Below are positions 19,703 to 28,801 of a DNA stretch of 64,000 bases, one piece after another. Each line of letters begins with the position of its first letter. Positions within the stretch are counted from its first letter, which is position 1. A model generated the notes under the pieces. That model was not told where the DNA came from, searched no databases, and saw only the letters and a program-made list of their open reading frames with translations. A program made the translations under genes and the position numbers. The DNA is from a virus: IMG/VR virus record IMGVR_UViG_3300045806_000063, positions 1 to 64,000 of that record; one strand, written 5' to 3'.

Positions 19703-20155
19703 ATGACTACGAATAATAAAATTATAAACGTCAATGTAGCAATGTTGGCGATAGTAAATGCACAGAAAGAGGTACTGTTATTAAATCACATTAAAGGAAA
19801 TCTTTGGGGATTTCCTGGAGGTAAAGTGGATCCCGGGGATACATATGCAGATACAGTCATTAGGGAAACACATGAAGAACTAGGGGTAGTCATCGGTAGT
19901 CGAAACATTTGTAAGATTTGTGATGTTGTATGTCAGTCCGCATATGACGGCGGTGGTACGTATAACACCCGCATATATGAGTTGCTTACTCCAAATAAGT
20001 ATAAACTATCTATTGGCGAACCGCATAAACATAATGAGATGAAATATTTCTCATTGTCAGACATTGGTGAGTTAGAAAAGAAAGGTCTATTACGTGTTAG
20101 TGCAAAAACAGTAATTGCGGCAGTCGTTAAGGCAGAGCCGTTGTTAATTAAGTAG
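19703..20155 (+). CDS. Nudix hydrolase, cassette 3
   Basis: GGKVDPGDTYADTVIRETHEELGV; GGAG RBS in repeat copy 3. Confidence 0.85.
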   Translation: MTTNNKIINVNVAMLAIVNAQKEVLLLNHIKGNLWGFPGGKVDPGDTYADTVIRETHEELGVVIGSRNICKICDVVCQSAYDGGGTYNTRIYELLTPNKYKLSIGEPHKHNEMKYFSLSDIGELEKKGLLRVSAKTVIAAVVKAEPLLIK

Positions 20156-20177
20156 TAAAGACCAGATAGTGTAGTAT

Positions 20178-20207
20178 TCCAGGAATGATCACTTGATCAT
20201 TCCTGGA
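20178..20207. repeat. palindrome, 14-bp arms, CT spacer, T-tract follows
   Basis: tccaggaatgatca ct tgatc... Confidence 0.9.
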
Positions 20208-20260
20208 TCTATTTTTTTTTTAATCAAAATCATATAGCTCACTAAAGGGGAGAATCTATA

Positions 20261-21799
20261 ATGACATTTTTAACAGTTCCAATGCACGGTACCAACAATA
20301 CCATCACTCAGTCAGTAGTGAAATCGGTATGCGAAGAGCTAATGTTTTCCACATCAATGGATACAATTAAGAACATTATCTACACACAGAGAGCAGGTAA
20401 GAATCAACAAAAACAAAATAATGCAATTCATCAGCCTTTACGGTTAGAATCAGATGAATACATTAAAGTGGAATATGAACTCTCTTTGAATAAAGATCAG
20501 ATGGATAATGATAAATATATAAGGGACTACTTACCTATCTTTGATAGAAAGGTATTGGGTATCAAGCTTACACCAATGTGTAATAAATCCACAATTGAAA
20601 TGCAGGTTACATTTAGGTCAAAGAGTTATGATAAGTTAGTCTTATGGCTATATGCGTTTAATAGAGCTAATATAAATGCAGCGCCTGCTCAAATGCATAG
20701 CGTCCTCTACAACATTACTATCCCTGATGATATTCAGAGATATCTCTTTACTGTTTATGAGTTATCGGAAAAGGTTGAAGGATATAATGACAGTTACTTA
20801 GAGTTCTTATCTAAGGGGTTTGTGGAAGGTTCTGGATACAAAACTAATGCTAATGGTGATGTAAGTAAGTTAGTCGTATCAGTTAGGAACAATGGCACCT
20901 TAGGAGGCTTTAGCACACTACCTCCTGACAAACCAACTACTAGCTTATCTCCACCTATTAGTGAGATTACATTTACTTATAGTGTAAATTTTGATCATCC
21001 TACGGCAATACTATTAGAGTACCAGAAGGTAATCCATAATCAGTTAGTGCCAATGGATTATCTATACAGGTATGCTGATAGAAGACTGCATGACGACCCA
21101 ATGAAAGGGAAGCGCACTATAAGTGCCGAGGTCTATGAAGCTACTTTAAATCTCTTTGGTGTTAAAGCTTATCCTGAACGTTTAATTAATGAGACAGATG
21201 GATGGCAGCCTAAATGCAGTCAGTCAGGTTATAAGTTAGATAGCATAACACCTATTAGAATTGACACAGAGGCATTAACCGACGTGTTAGATATGACAGA
21301 TTTAATATCAGGTATGTATCCTGATTGGTTAGTTCAGCTAATGATAAGCTCTAGTACGGACGTGTTAGCTGTTCAGAGATGGTTCTATTTTTTAACCTTA
21401 TTTGAGGTGAGTGAATCAGATGTTACAGTGCCGCTAGAAATAACCCCTGAAGGCCATTTAAACACCCTTAGAGACATGAATCCACGATGCAGGTACTACC
21501 TATGCATCTATAAGAATTACCGGTTTAATACCATCGATTTAGTACCTTATAGAAAGAATCCTCCAGTCCTAAGATTAATCTTGAGCATGTATACTGATAA
21601 GATACATTTAAAGACAATAGGTGGTGACAGTTATGTCACAAACGACAGTCTTTTGCAGATGGTCAACGTAATCGCTAAACTATTAATACCTCAGATAGGC
21701 GGTGATAATTACTTCTCCAGAACACCGTTGCAAGCTACCCTATCTGCTGACTCTGGCCCTTATACTGTTACAGGAAATAATTATGCCAAAATTCGATGA
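20261..21799 (+). CDS. virion structural protein (phiKZ gp98-like)
   Basis: 512 aa; GGGGAG RBS; synteny. Confidence 0.55.
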   Translation: MTFLTVPMHGTNNTITQSVVKSVCEELMFSTSMDTIKNIIYTQRAGKNQQKQNNAIHQPLRLESDEYIKVEYELSLNKDQMDNDKYIRDYLPIFDRKVLGIKLTPMCNKSTIEMQVTFRSKSYDKLVLWLYAFNRANINAAPAQMHSVLYNITIPDDIQRYLFTVYELSEKVEGYNDSYLEFLSKGFVEGSGYKTNANGDVSKLVVSVRNNGTLGGFSTLPPDKPTTSLSPPISEITFTYSVNFDHPTAILLEYQKVIHNQLVPMDYLYRYADRRLHDDPMKGKRTISAEVYEATLNLFGVKAYPERLINETDGWQPKCSQSGYKLDSITPIRIDTEALTDVLDMTDLISGMYPDWLVQLMISSSTDVLAVQRWFYFLTLFEVSESDVTVPLEITPEGHLNTLRDMNPRCRYYLCIYKNYRFNTIDLVPYRKNPPVLRLILSMYTDKIHLKTIGGDSYVTNDSLLQMVNVIAKLLIPQIGGDNYFSRTPLQATLSADSGPYTVTGNNYAKIR

Positions 21800-23294
21800 A
21801 CCCAAAATAAAAGCTAAACCTTTTAATCCAGGTACACAAGTACTACCACTACCACCAGCTGAACCTAATTCAAAAATAGACTATGATTTCGATACAGCTA
21901 GTGTGTATCGGGATTTTCAGTATAGTGGTGGCATAGCCATTGGTATATCAGGGTCTCCTGACAGTGTAACGTATTACTCTCTCATTAGTAGACCTGATGA
22001 CTTAGTAATGAATGCTGCAGATTTAGATGACGGTACGATAAAACAGTTTAGACGGATTAATAATTTTGAAATTCGAGTAACTGAAAATCCCACACAAACT
22101 ATCGATGATTCTCAGAACTTAGCCACTGTTCAAGGTACAGCTAATCTGTACCCTGTACTAACTCCAAAGATTGGTGATATATTAGTTAAAGCGATTAATA
22201 CTGGAAGAGGAAACTGGGGTATATTCCAAGTAGTAGAAGTGCAAAGACTTTCTCAATATGAGGAACCTGCATGGACTATCAACTTCCAGCAAGTAGACTA
22301 TAGTAATACTGCTAGAGATCCAGAATCTGACAAGTATGTGGTATTTGAATTTGACTTTGAAGTAGAGAATCTTCAAACTGGACAAAATCCACTAATACCT
22401 TCAATTACTACTGAAAAAAACCAAAATAAGAAAGAGCTTCTTAACGAGTTAATCCAATTATATTACAACACCTTTTACGATTCTGAGAAAGGTACCTTTA
22501 TAGTTCCTACTACAGCTTCTGGCACAGTGTACGATCCGCATGTCGTAAAGTTCTGGAATAGTATCATCGATCATAGCAAATACCATATCTTAAAAAGACC
22601 ACACGAGTACCCGATGGAAAATGTTTATGATAGAAAAGGTTATCTCACTATCTATGACGTTTACTTAGGTCAAACTCCAGGTCTTGTTAATAACGTAATG
22701 AAAGTAATGGTAAAGCTCTCTACTTCATTCTTTTCGGCAGAATATCTAAAACAAACCCTTCAAGGTTCGTTAATTGATTATGTAATTAATCCACATACCA
22801 GTCATAGCGCTGGAAAGACATCAATGTTTCCTGACGAAGAAATTAAGGGTGAGGTAAAGTGGGTATCACACGGTAAGGAACTGGTATGGGTAGATAGAGT
22901 TGATGATGGCCACGATCCACTCATTGCGCCTATAGTTGTTCCATGGACAGGGACTGCAACTGAACCAGTGCATGAACACACAGAACCGCATCCAGAGCAT
23001 CCAGAAACACATGAGAAGCATAAAGATCATAAGGATAAACATCATAGCACCACGTACGCTTCTATCGGCCCTATGATGGCATATCCATTCACTGAAAATT
23101 ATGTATTTAGTTCTCAGTTTTATAAAGGTGTTCCTACTAGTCTTTTAGAGGTTTTAGTCACTAACGTAATAAATAAAAGAACAGTACTATTAAAAGATGT
23201 TTATGTAGCTCTAGCAGTTCTGAAAAAAGATAAACTGTTAGCTCAGTACTATCAACTTCCTTTTATAATATCTCTGTTACAGGTGGCTAGATGA
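21783..23294 (+). CDS. virion structural protein (phiKZ gp99-like)
   Basis: AGGA RBS before ATG 21783; His/Glu-rich insert near C-terminus. Confidence 0.55.
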   Translation: MPKFDEPKIKAKPFNPGTQVLPLPPAEPNSKIDYDFDTASVYRDFQYSGGIAIGISGSPDSVTYYSLISRPDDLVMNAADLDDGTIKQFRRINNFEIRVTENPTQTIDDSQNLATVQGTANLYPVLTPKIGDILVKAINTGRGNWGIFQVVEVQRLSQYEEPAWTINFQQVDYSNTARDPESDKYVVFEFDFEVENLQTGQNPLIPSITTEKNQNKKELLNELIQLYYNTFYDSEKGTFIVPTTASGTVYDPHVVKFWNSIIDHSKYHILKRPHEYPMENVYDRKGYLTIYDVYLGQTPGLVNNVMKVMVKLSTSFFSAEYLKQTLQGSLIDYVINPHTSHSAGKTSMFPDEEIKGEVKWVSHGKELVWVDRVDDGHDPLIAPIVVPWTGTATEPVHEHTEPHPEHPETHEKHKDHKDKHHSTTYASIGPMMAYPFTENYVFSSQFYKGVPTSLLEVLVTNVINKRTVLLKDVYVALAVLKKDKLLAQYYQLPFIISLLQVAR

Positions 23295-23959
23295 CACAAC
23301 GTGAAACACTAAAAGTACAAGAGCAGTTAGAGTCTATACGTCAAATTCTTTTCAAAAAACCATACCGATGCATCTGTGATATAGCTTCACTTGCAATAAT
23401 TCAAAAACTACCTGAGATGGATATACCTGAGGGTGATTTCATAGAGACGGTAGGCCGTCATGGGTTTAACATGGGGGTAGTCCGTACTGAAGTTAACAAC
23501 ATTAAAGAGTTAATGGAAATGCAAATGGGATGGTCTAGGGATTTAGCAGGTTACGAGTATCTTCAACATGTAGGTCAAGATACTGGAGATTACAGAGGTT
23601 TAACAACTGTTTCAATTGCTGAAATAGTAGCAGGCTGCGGTAGTGTAGAAATAACATCCATTCCTGATGTTAGAGAAATGTTTTTTAACATCACTAAATA
23701 TATAGAGTTAATTAAACGCTATGAGTCTTTGGATTTGCATTATAAAAAACCACCAGATGAAGACCTTAATGCTTTAATGAATCTTACCTTACTATTTGAA
23801 AAGATTTTAGTAAGAACCAAATCCACTAAAGATAAGGAAAGAAAACCTTTAGGATTTTTACGTAAATCAGCAGCTGGCATAATCATTAAAAAAGAAGAAG
23901 TAGAAAAAACAACATACATCAGAGACAATAACGATAACCCTTATAGGTTTAAGATATGA
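23291..23959 (+). CDS. hypothetical protein (phiKZ gp100-like)
   Basis: Coupled ORF; synteny. Confidence 0.5.
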   Translation: MTQRETLKVQEQLESIRQILFKKPYRCICDIASLAIIQKLPEMDIPEGDFIETVGRHGFNMGVVRTEVNNIKELMEMQMGWSRDLAGYEYLQHVGQDTGDYRGLTTVSIAEIVAGCGSVEITSIPDVREMFFNITKYIELIKRYESLDLHYKKPPDEDLNALMNLTLLFEKILVRTKSTKDKERKPLGFLRKSAAGIIIKKEEVEKTTYIRDNNDNPYRFKI

Positions 23960-25305
23960 TTTTAAATGATGATCTTTTTCTCAGTGAGTTACTAAACCTA
24001 AGTTCCAATACACAGAACCCTGTTAACTTTGTCTGGTCTGCTGAATTCATTGATTCTGATAACAACGTCATACCTGTTCACAATGTTTTACGTCTAGATA
24101 TAGCTTCTGATTATGTAACTTCAGTAAGTGATGTTTATCATATTACTGTTGATATGTTTAAATCTGATTACATGAATCTTTTAACGGTTAATAGACGTAT
24201 GTTATCTATCAGGGTAACAAAAAAGCAAGCATCGTTTACTGGAGTTATACCTGATCATTCTATCACGACTAGTAAAATGTATGACGTATATCTATCTGAT
24301 AACACTTCTGAGTCCGTAGAGACGCGTATAGGCGGTTTAACAGGTACTTCAGTGGATAACCTAGGTGAACTAAAACAAGTAACAGCTCAATTAGTTGAAA
24401 AAGGATTTTCTGAATTTAGGAACTGGTACTGCACCCCTTCAGTCTACAGTAACTGCAGTCCTACTTCCTTAATACAAAGTTTCCTTTCAACACCTATGAA
24501 GAGCCTTAACCAGAATATGAAGGTAGGCTTTAATGTAACTATGTACCCTGCTGATAATAAAGAAAAGTTTTATCAACGACTTATTCCAGAAGGCATTCTC
24601 TTATCAGAGTTTCCAAAATGGTTTCAGAAGAATAGAGGGGTATATGGTAACGGAATCAATGCATATCTTTTTAATGGAATGTGGTTTGTTTATCCTCCAT
24701 ATAACGTGATGCGATACCCTACTGATAAGAAAAGGTTAACGATTGTAAATGTTCCTATGAACGAAATGGTTGGAAACCCTAATAGCTATTACCTTAAGCC
24801 TGATAGCGATGAGTTGTATATTTACGCTACAGGAACTACTAAACACGTCGATACCTCTGACAGAAATATTAACAAGGTAGGTACGGGGTTTAGAGCTGTC
24901 AACTCCAATAATTTATTGGATACCTTTGTACAAAAGAAGAATGGTATTTTAACTATACCTCCTGGTCAAAACTCAATGGATGTTACTTTTGATAATAGAC
25001 CCACTGATACAGATAGGATAAATAATTCAAGACCGATTACAGGGAATAGATATCAAGAAGCATCTAGGATTACCAAGGCTATGACTAATATCGTAGTTGT
25101 TAATTGGGAATATTCGAATATTGATTTACTATATCCTGCGCAGCCCTTAAAACTATTGTACAAGTATAACGGAGTCCCATATGTCCTATATGGTATTTTA
25201 GGAGGTGCACAAACGACTGTGATGACTCCACAGAAGTCAATCACAGATAACAGATACAAAAGTACCACGACACTTATTCTGATAACAGAACGTGTAACCA
25301 GATAA
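23956..25305 (+). CDS. virion structural/baseplate hub-like protein (phiKZ gp101-like)
   Basis: 449 aa; ATGA overlap; synteny. Confidence 0.55.
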   Translation: MILNDDLFLSELLNLSSNTQNPVNFVWSAEFIDSDNNVIPVHNVLRLDIASDYVTSVSDVYHITVDMFKSDYMNLLTVNRRMLSIRVTKKQASFTGVIPDHSITTSKMYDVYLSDNTSESVETRIGGLTGTSVDNLGELKQVTAQLVEKGFSEFRNWYCTPSVYSNCSPTSLIQSFLSTPMKSLNQNMKVGFNVTMYPADNKEKFYQRLIPEGILLSEFPKWFQKNRGVYGNGINAYLFNGMWFVYPPYNVMRYPTDKKRLTIVNVPMNEMVGNPNSYYLKPDSDELYIYATGTTKHVDTSDRNINKVGTGFRAVNSNNLLDTFVQKKNGILTIPPGQNSMDVTFDNRPTDTDRINNSRPITGNRYQEASRITKAMTNIVVVNWEYSNIDLLYPAQPLKLLYKYNGVPYVLYGILGGAQTTVMTPQKSITDNRYKSTTTLILITERVTR

Positions 25306-25330
25306 CCCAACAACTTAAAGGCATAATACC

Positions 25331-26320
25331 GTGAACACTACAATTAACATTGATCCTCAAATTCTTACACTTGAAAAGTTGGAAGAAAAAGCCAATAATA
25401 ATTACGGCATTTTGGAACCGCATGACGTAGTAAAGAATAACATTCTTCGTCATGCGGGGTTCCGTATATTTGATGGTAAATTAATCAGATATCTGATCGG
25501 TACAAATGTTCTTACCAAAGAACTTTTGGCGTCAGTTAGGAAAGATTTGTTTATAGAAAAAACAAATCTTTCTGAAGAGACCTGTGCGGTTTTAACAGAA
25601 CTGCCATTTTTCTTAGTCCATGAATTTTTGGATGTATTAGGTATCTTATTTAGAGACTCCGATTTATTCAAACACTTCACCAAAGCGCCAGTGTACCGTG
25701 AAGCGAATGGTGATAAGTTAAAACGATACAGTATCAATTTCAAAGACTGGCATCGGGCTTACATCGTTTTAGGTGGAGATTTCGTACTGAAACGAGTAAT
25801 GAAAGAAAAGGATCTGAAACATCTTGTCAGTATAGTACATGGATTGTTAGAGCATTCGGATAACGTGTTTAATGGCATTGAATACTCTATTGATTCGGAA
25901 TACGTACTGTCTCGTACTCCGGCAGTCAGTCACGCTGAACTTTGCATATCTGAAATTATCAAAGATATAAGCAATGATGAACTTTCATATGAATCTGAAT
26001 GGATGTTACGTGAACAGCATGGAATTTCTCAATACAAGTACCCGTATCTCTTGTGTGCTAAACGAAATGTTGGGACTTCATCTGAACCTAAGCTTGCAGT
26101 AAAAGCAGTCTATAGTGATTTTAAATCTTTGCATAAAGACTTCGCTAAGCATTCTAATCGCTCTTTCGCGATCATTAACTTAGGAGCAGGGTTAAACCAA
26201 TACCTGAATGATAATGAAGATGAAGCCATAATAGCAGCAATTAGTAATGGACTAAATGTGTCAATTGATGATTTGCTTTCAGTTAGTGTATTACGTTCTA
26301 TTACAAAAGTGAAAATTTAA
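25331..26320 (+). CDS. hypothetical protein
   Basis: 329-aa ORF, GTG start. Confidence 0.6.
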   Translation: MNTTINIDPQILTLEKLEEKANNNYGILEPHDVVKNNILRHAGFRIFDGKLIRYLIGTNVLTKELLASVRKDLFIEKTNLSEETCAVLTELPFFLVHEFLDVLGILFRDSDLFKHFTKAPVYREANGDKLKRYSINFKDWHRAYIVLGGDFVLKRVMKEKDLKHLVSIVHGLLEHSDNVFNGIEYSIDSEYVLSRTPAVSHAELCISEIIKDISNDELSYESEWMLREQHGISQYKYPYLLCAKRNVGTSSEPKLAVKAVYSDFKSLHKDFAKHSNRSFAIINLGAGLNQYLNDNEDEAIIAAISNGLNVSIDDLLSVSVLRSITKVKI

Positions 26321-26329
26321 CATTACATA

Positions 26330-26369
26330 GCCTATCCCTCCATTCGACTAGTCGAATGGAGGGATAGGC
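26330..26369. repeat. perfect 40-nt palindrome
   Basis: gcctatccctccattcgact|agtc... Confidence 0.9.
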
Positions 26370-26371
26370 AT

Positions 26372-26454
26372 TATTCAAATAATTTTCATTTATATATCAT
26401 CTAGATGAGATTACTAAATAGTGATTCTTAAGTAGTCATTCTTTTAATAGCAAA
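26372..26454 (+). promoter_or_regulatory. conserved promoter + leader, copy 4
   Basis: Near-identical to copy 3. Confidence 0.8.
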
Positions 26455-26473
26455 TTAGATTGGAGATAAGATT

Positions 26474-26671
26474 ATGAGTACAGTAGCTAAAGGGCATGAA
26501 TCACCATTATCTGGCTTTGCGATATGCCAGAAGTATGGTATTTCGGCGAAACGCTTCGCCGAAATAATCACTGAACCGAAATTCCATTTCCCTAAGTCTG
26601 TGGCACAGGGCCCATACGGCGGGTTATGGGACCAACAAGAAGTTGATGAATGGATCCATATGAAATGGTAA
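26474..26671 (+). CDS. AlpA/excisionase-like winged-HTH protein, cassette 4
   Basis: ICQKYGIS...I....FPK.......LWDQQEVDEWI pattern; GGAG RBS. Confidence 0.7.
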   Translation: MSTVAKGHESPLSGFAICQKYGISAKRFAEIITEPKFHFPKSVAQGPYGGLWDQQEVDEWIHMKW

Positions 26672-26677
26672 GTCACC

Positions 26678-26709
26678 GGAGCAGTATGCGATTAATCGCA
26701 TACTGCTCC
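26678..26709. repeat. perfect 32-nt palindrome
   Basis: ggagcagtatgcgatt|aatc... Confidence 0.9.
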
Positions 26710-26728
26710 AACCTCTTTATTTTTTTTT

Positions 26729-28249
26729 TTAATCTTTCCAGAGATTTAAAGATTTAGGATCTGAAGCATTAGGTAAACTATATAATGCTCTTGATACACC
26801 ACCGTAGTCAGGTGTAACTCCACCTTTACTTAACTCATAGTAGAAGTCACGTTTATTCATAGGAGTATCATCATGGTCACGGTGCTTACCTCTTGATACA
26901 CACCAATAGGATTTACCATCTATGTGTTTATGGACATTTGATAAAATCTCTACATCCAATTCGTTAAATAGATTTTTAGAATCTGCATACCAGCTACCTC
27001 CTTCAAACTCCCGAGTACAGGTACCAGATCTCTCTTGTGCTACTTTCTTAGCCTCGCCATTTAATTGAGCCCCGGTGCAGAAGAGGATACCTTTAGGGTA
27101 ACAATAGTTACGGATTATATCGCATGTCATAGGAAGTTTTAAGTCTTCCCGTGGTGCTGGTGTATGTTTTGCAATCTTTGTAACATAATCAAAGGTACAG
27201 ACATGAATTTCGTATCCTAATGCTTCATAATAGTCAAAAACCTTTAATAGGTCAAAAACAGTAAACCTATTTGGATTAAATGATAATAGAGCAAACGAAT
27301 AACCATTTACCGCATAGTAGTCCATTAGGTAGTCGGTAGCGACATCTAGATCGATTTTAGATATAGGTAATTTTATACCGGTGGAATTATAATAAGTCCT
27401 TTGATACAAAACCTTAGTATCTTGATCATGAGTAGTCTCAGTGGTAATTCTGAGCATCATTGGTTTTCTAGTAGGGTTCCATAACCATGGTTTATTAAAC
27501 CGTGGAAAGTTAGAACCTATATCTAAAAGGTGACCAGTCTTATAACCGAAAGATACAGCACCAACTAAGTAGAACCATCCTCTTAACAGACCTGAACCGC
27601 CTAAGGCTTCATTTAATCCAATGATACCTGTATTTAGCATACCGTCAGAACTGTACATCTCTACAGATTTAGATAAGGCTTTCTTAATGGATTCCTTATC
27701 TGTAAAATCTACCATCCCAGTTAACCCAGGTAACTCCTCCAATGACATAGTCGAGTTTAAGTCAGTTAACTCAGCTATCATCTCATTAATAAATGGATTT
27801 AACTCTACATACTCACCACTGTATGATACAATGGCATTAGCTTTCTGTATAGTCTTTGTGATCTTTTCTCGTTTACCAATATATCGAAGTTCAGACATTA
27901 TCGAATTAATACGAGCTTCTAACTTATCAAGATCTATTTCGCTCGGTAATAGTTTTTCTATAATCCCTAAGTATTCAGGATTATCCATACAGTTAAGTCG
28001 TACTCTATTTATAATTTCTTCAGAGTTATGTTTAATATCTATCGTGCATAATAACCAATCTGAGGTATCTCTCAATCCCTCTATCATGTATTCTTCACTC
28101 CCTAGTCCTCTAGTAGCTCTAGGGTCTACTTTGATGTTACTTAGTGTTTTTTTTATCTCATCAAATATATGTTCTTTAGTAGAACTACTATGACTACTAA
28201 GGTACAAAACTGTAATAACTTTCAGTAGTCTAATTACTTCATTTTCCAT
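26729..28249 (-). CDS. dnaB: DnaB-like replicative helicase (phiKZ gp118-like)
   Basis: Walker A-like GAVSFGYKTG, FDYV Walker B, GAQLN, RGKHR. Confidence 0.85.
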   Translation of the reverse strand: MENEVIRLLKVITVLYLSSHSSSTKEHIFDEIKKTLSNIKVDPRATRGLGSEEYMIEGLRDTSDWLLCTIDIKHNSEEIINRVRLNCMDNPEYLGIIEKLLPSEIDLDKLEARINSIMSELRYIGKREKITKTIQKANAIVSYSGEYVELNPFINEMIAELTDLNSTMSLEELPGLTGMVDFTDKESIKKALSKSVEMYSSDGMLNTGIIGLNEALGGSGLLRGWFYLVGAVSFGYKTGHLLDIGSNFPRFNKPWLWNPTRKPMMLRITTETTHDQDTKVLYQRTYYNSTGIKLPISKIDLDVATDYLMDYYAVNGYSFALLSFNPNRFTVFDLLKVFDYYEALGYEIHVCTFDYVTKIAKHTPAPREDLKLPMTCDIIRNYCYPKGILFCTGAQLNGEAKKVAQERSGTCTREFEGGSWYADSKNLFNELDVEILSNVHKHIDGKSYWCVSRGKHRDHDDTPMNKRDFYYELSKGGVTPDYGGVSRALYSLPNASDPKSLNLWKD

Positions 28250-28306
28250 TGTATATCCTTTTATTTATTGCAATAGATATGTACATTACTTTAATATTCA
28301 CTAATC

Positions 28307-28801
28307 ATGTTAATGGAGTCAAATGATGTGAGCAAAGCAATTTATTTAAACGGAGTAGAGGTTACGCTCATTGAACAACAGGGTATTAATCTTAAAACCT
28401 TATCATGGTTAAAGTTAAGTGGATTATTAAACCGTGCTGATTATTTAGTTATACTCGAAAGAACACAACGCGTTACCAAAATAGGAGGGTTTCTAAGAGA
28501 CCTTGGTTTGAGAATAGTAGAAGGGTGTGGATCGTTAAATGCAACTGAAACCTTAACTGATCAATCACCTATTCTGTTAGAGGAAGGTTTTATTGTAAAT
28601 GCTGTAATGGGAGCCGACAATACATTAGTGTTATGGCCTGAAGCTGGTGAATATAAGACTATTCATGATATGTATAAATATTCAAGACTGAACATCTTGA
28701 AAGCAATGAGTACTGTGATGATGTTTAATGAAGTAAAACAATCAGAAATTTTTAAAGCTGCATTCATAGCAGAAGGAATAAACGATGTCGATTTTAGGTA
28801 A
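28307..28801 (+). CDS. hypothetical protein (phiKZ gp119-like)
   Basis: Lies between helicase and major capsid protein. Confidence 0.55.
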   Translation: MLMESNDVSKAIYLNGVEVTLIEQQGINLKTLSWLKLSGLLNRADYLVILERTQRVTKIGGFLRDLGLRIVEGCGSLNATETLTDQSPILLEEGFIVNAVMGADNTLVLWPEAGEYKTIHDMYKYSRLNILKAMSTVMMFNEVKQSEIFKAAFIAEGINDVDFR

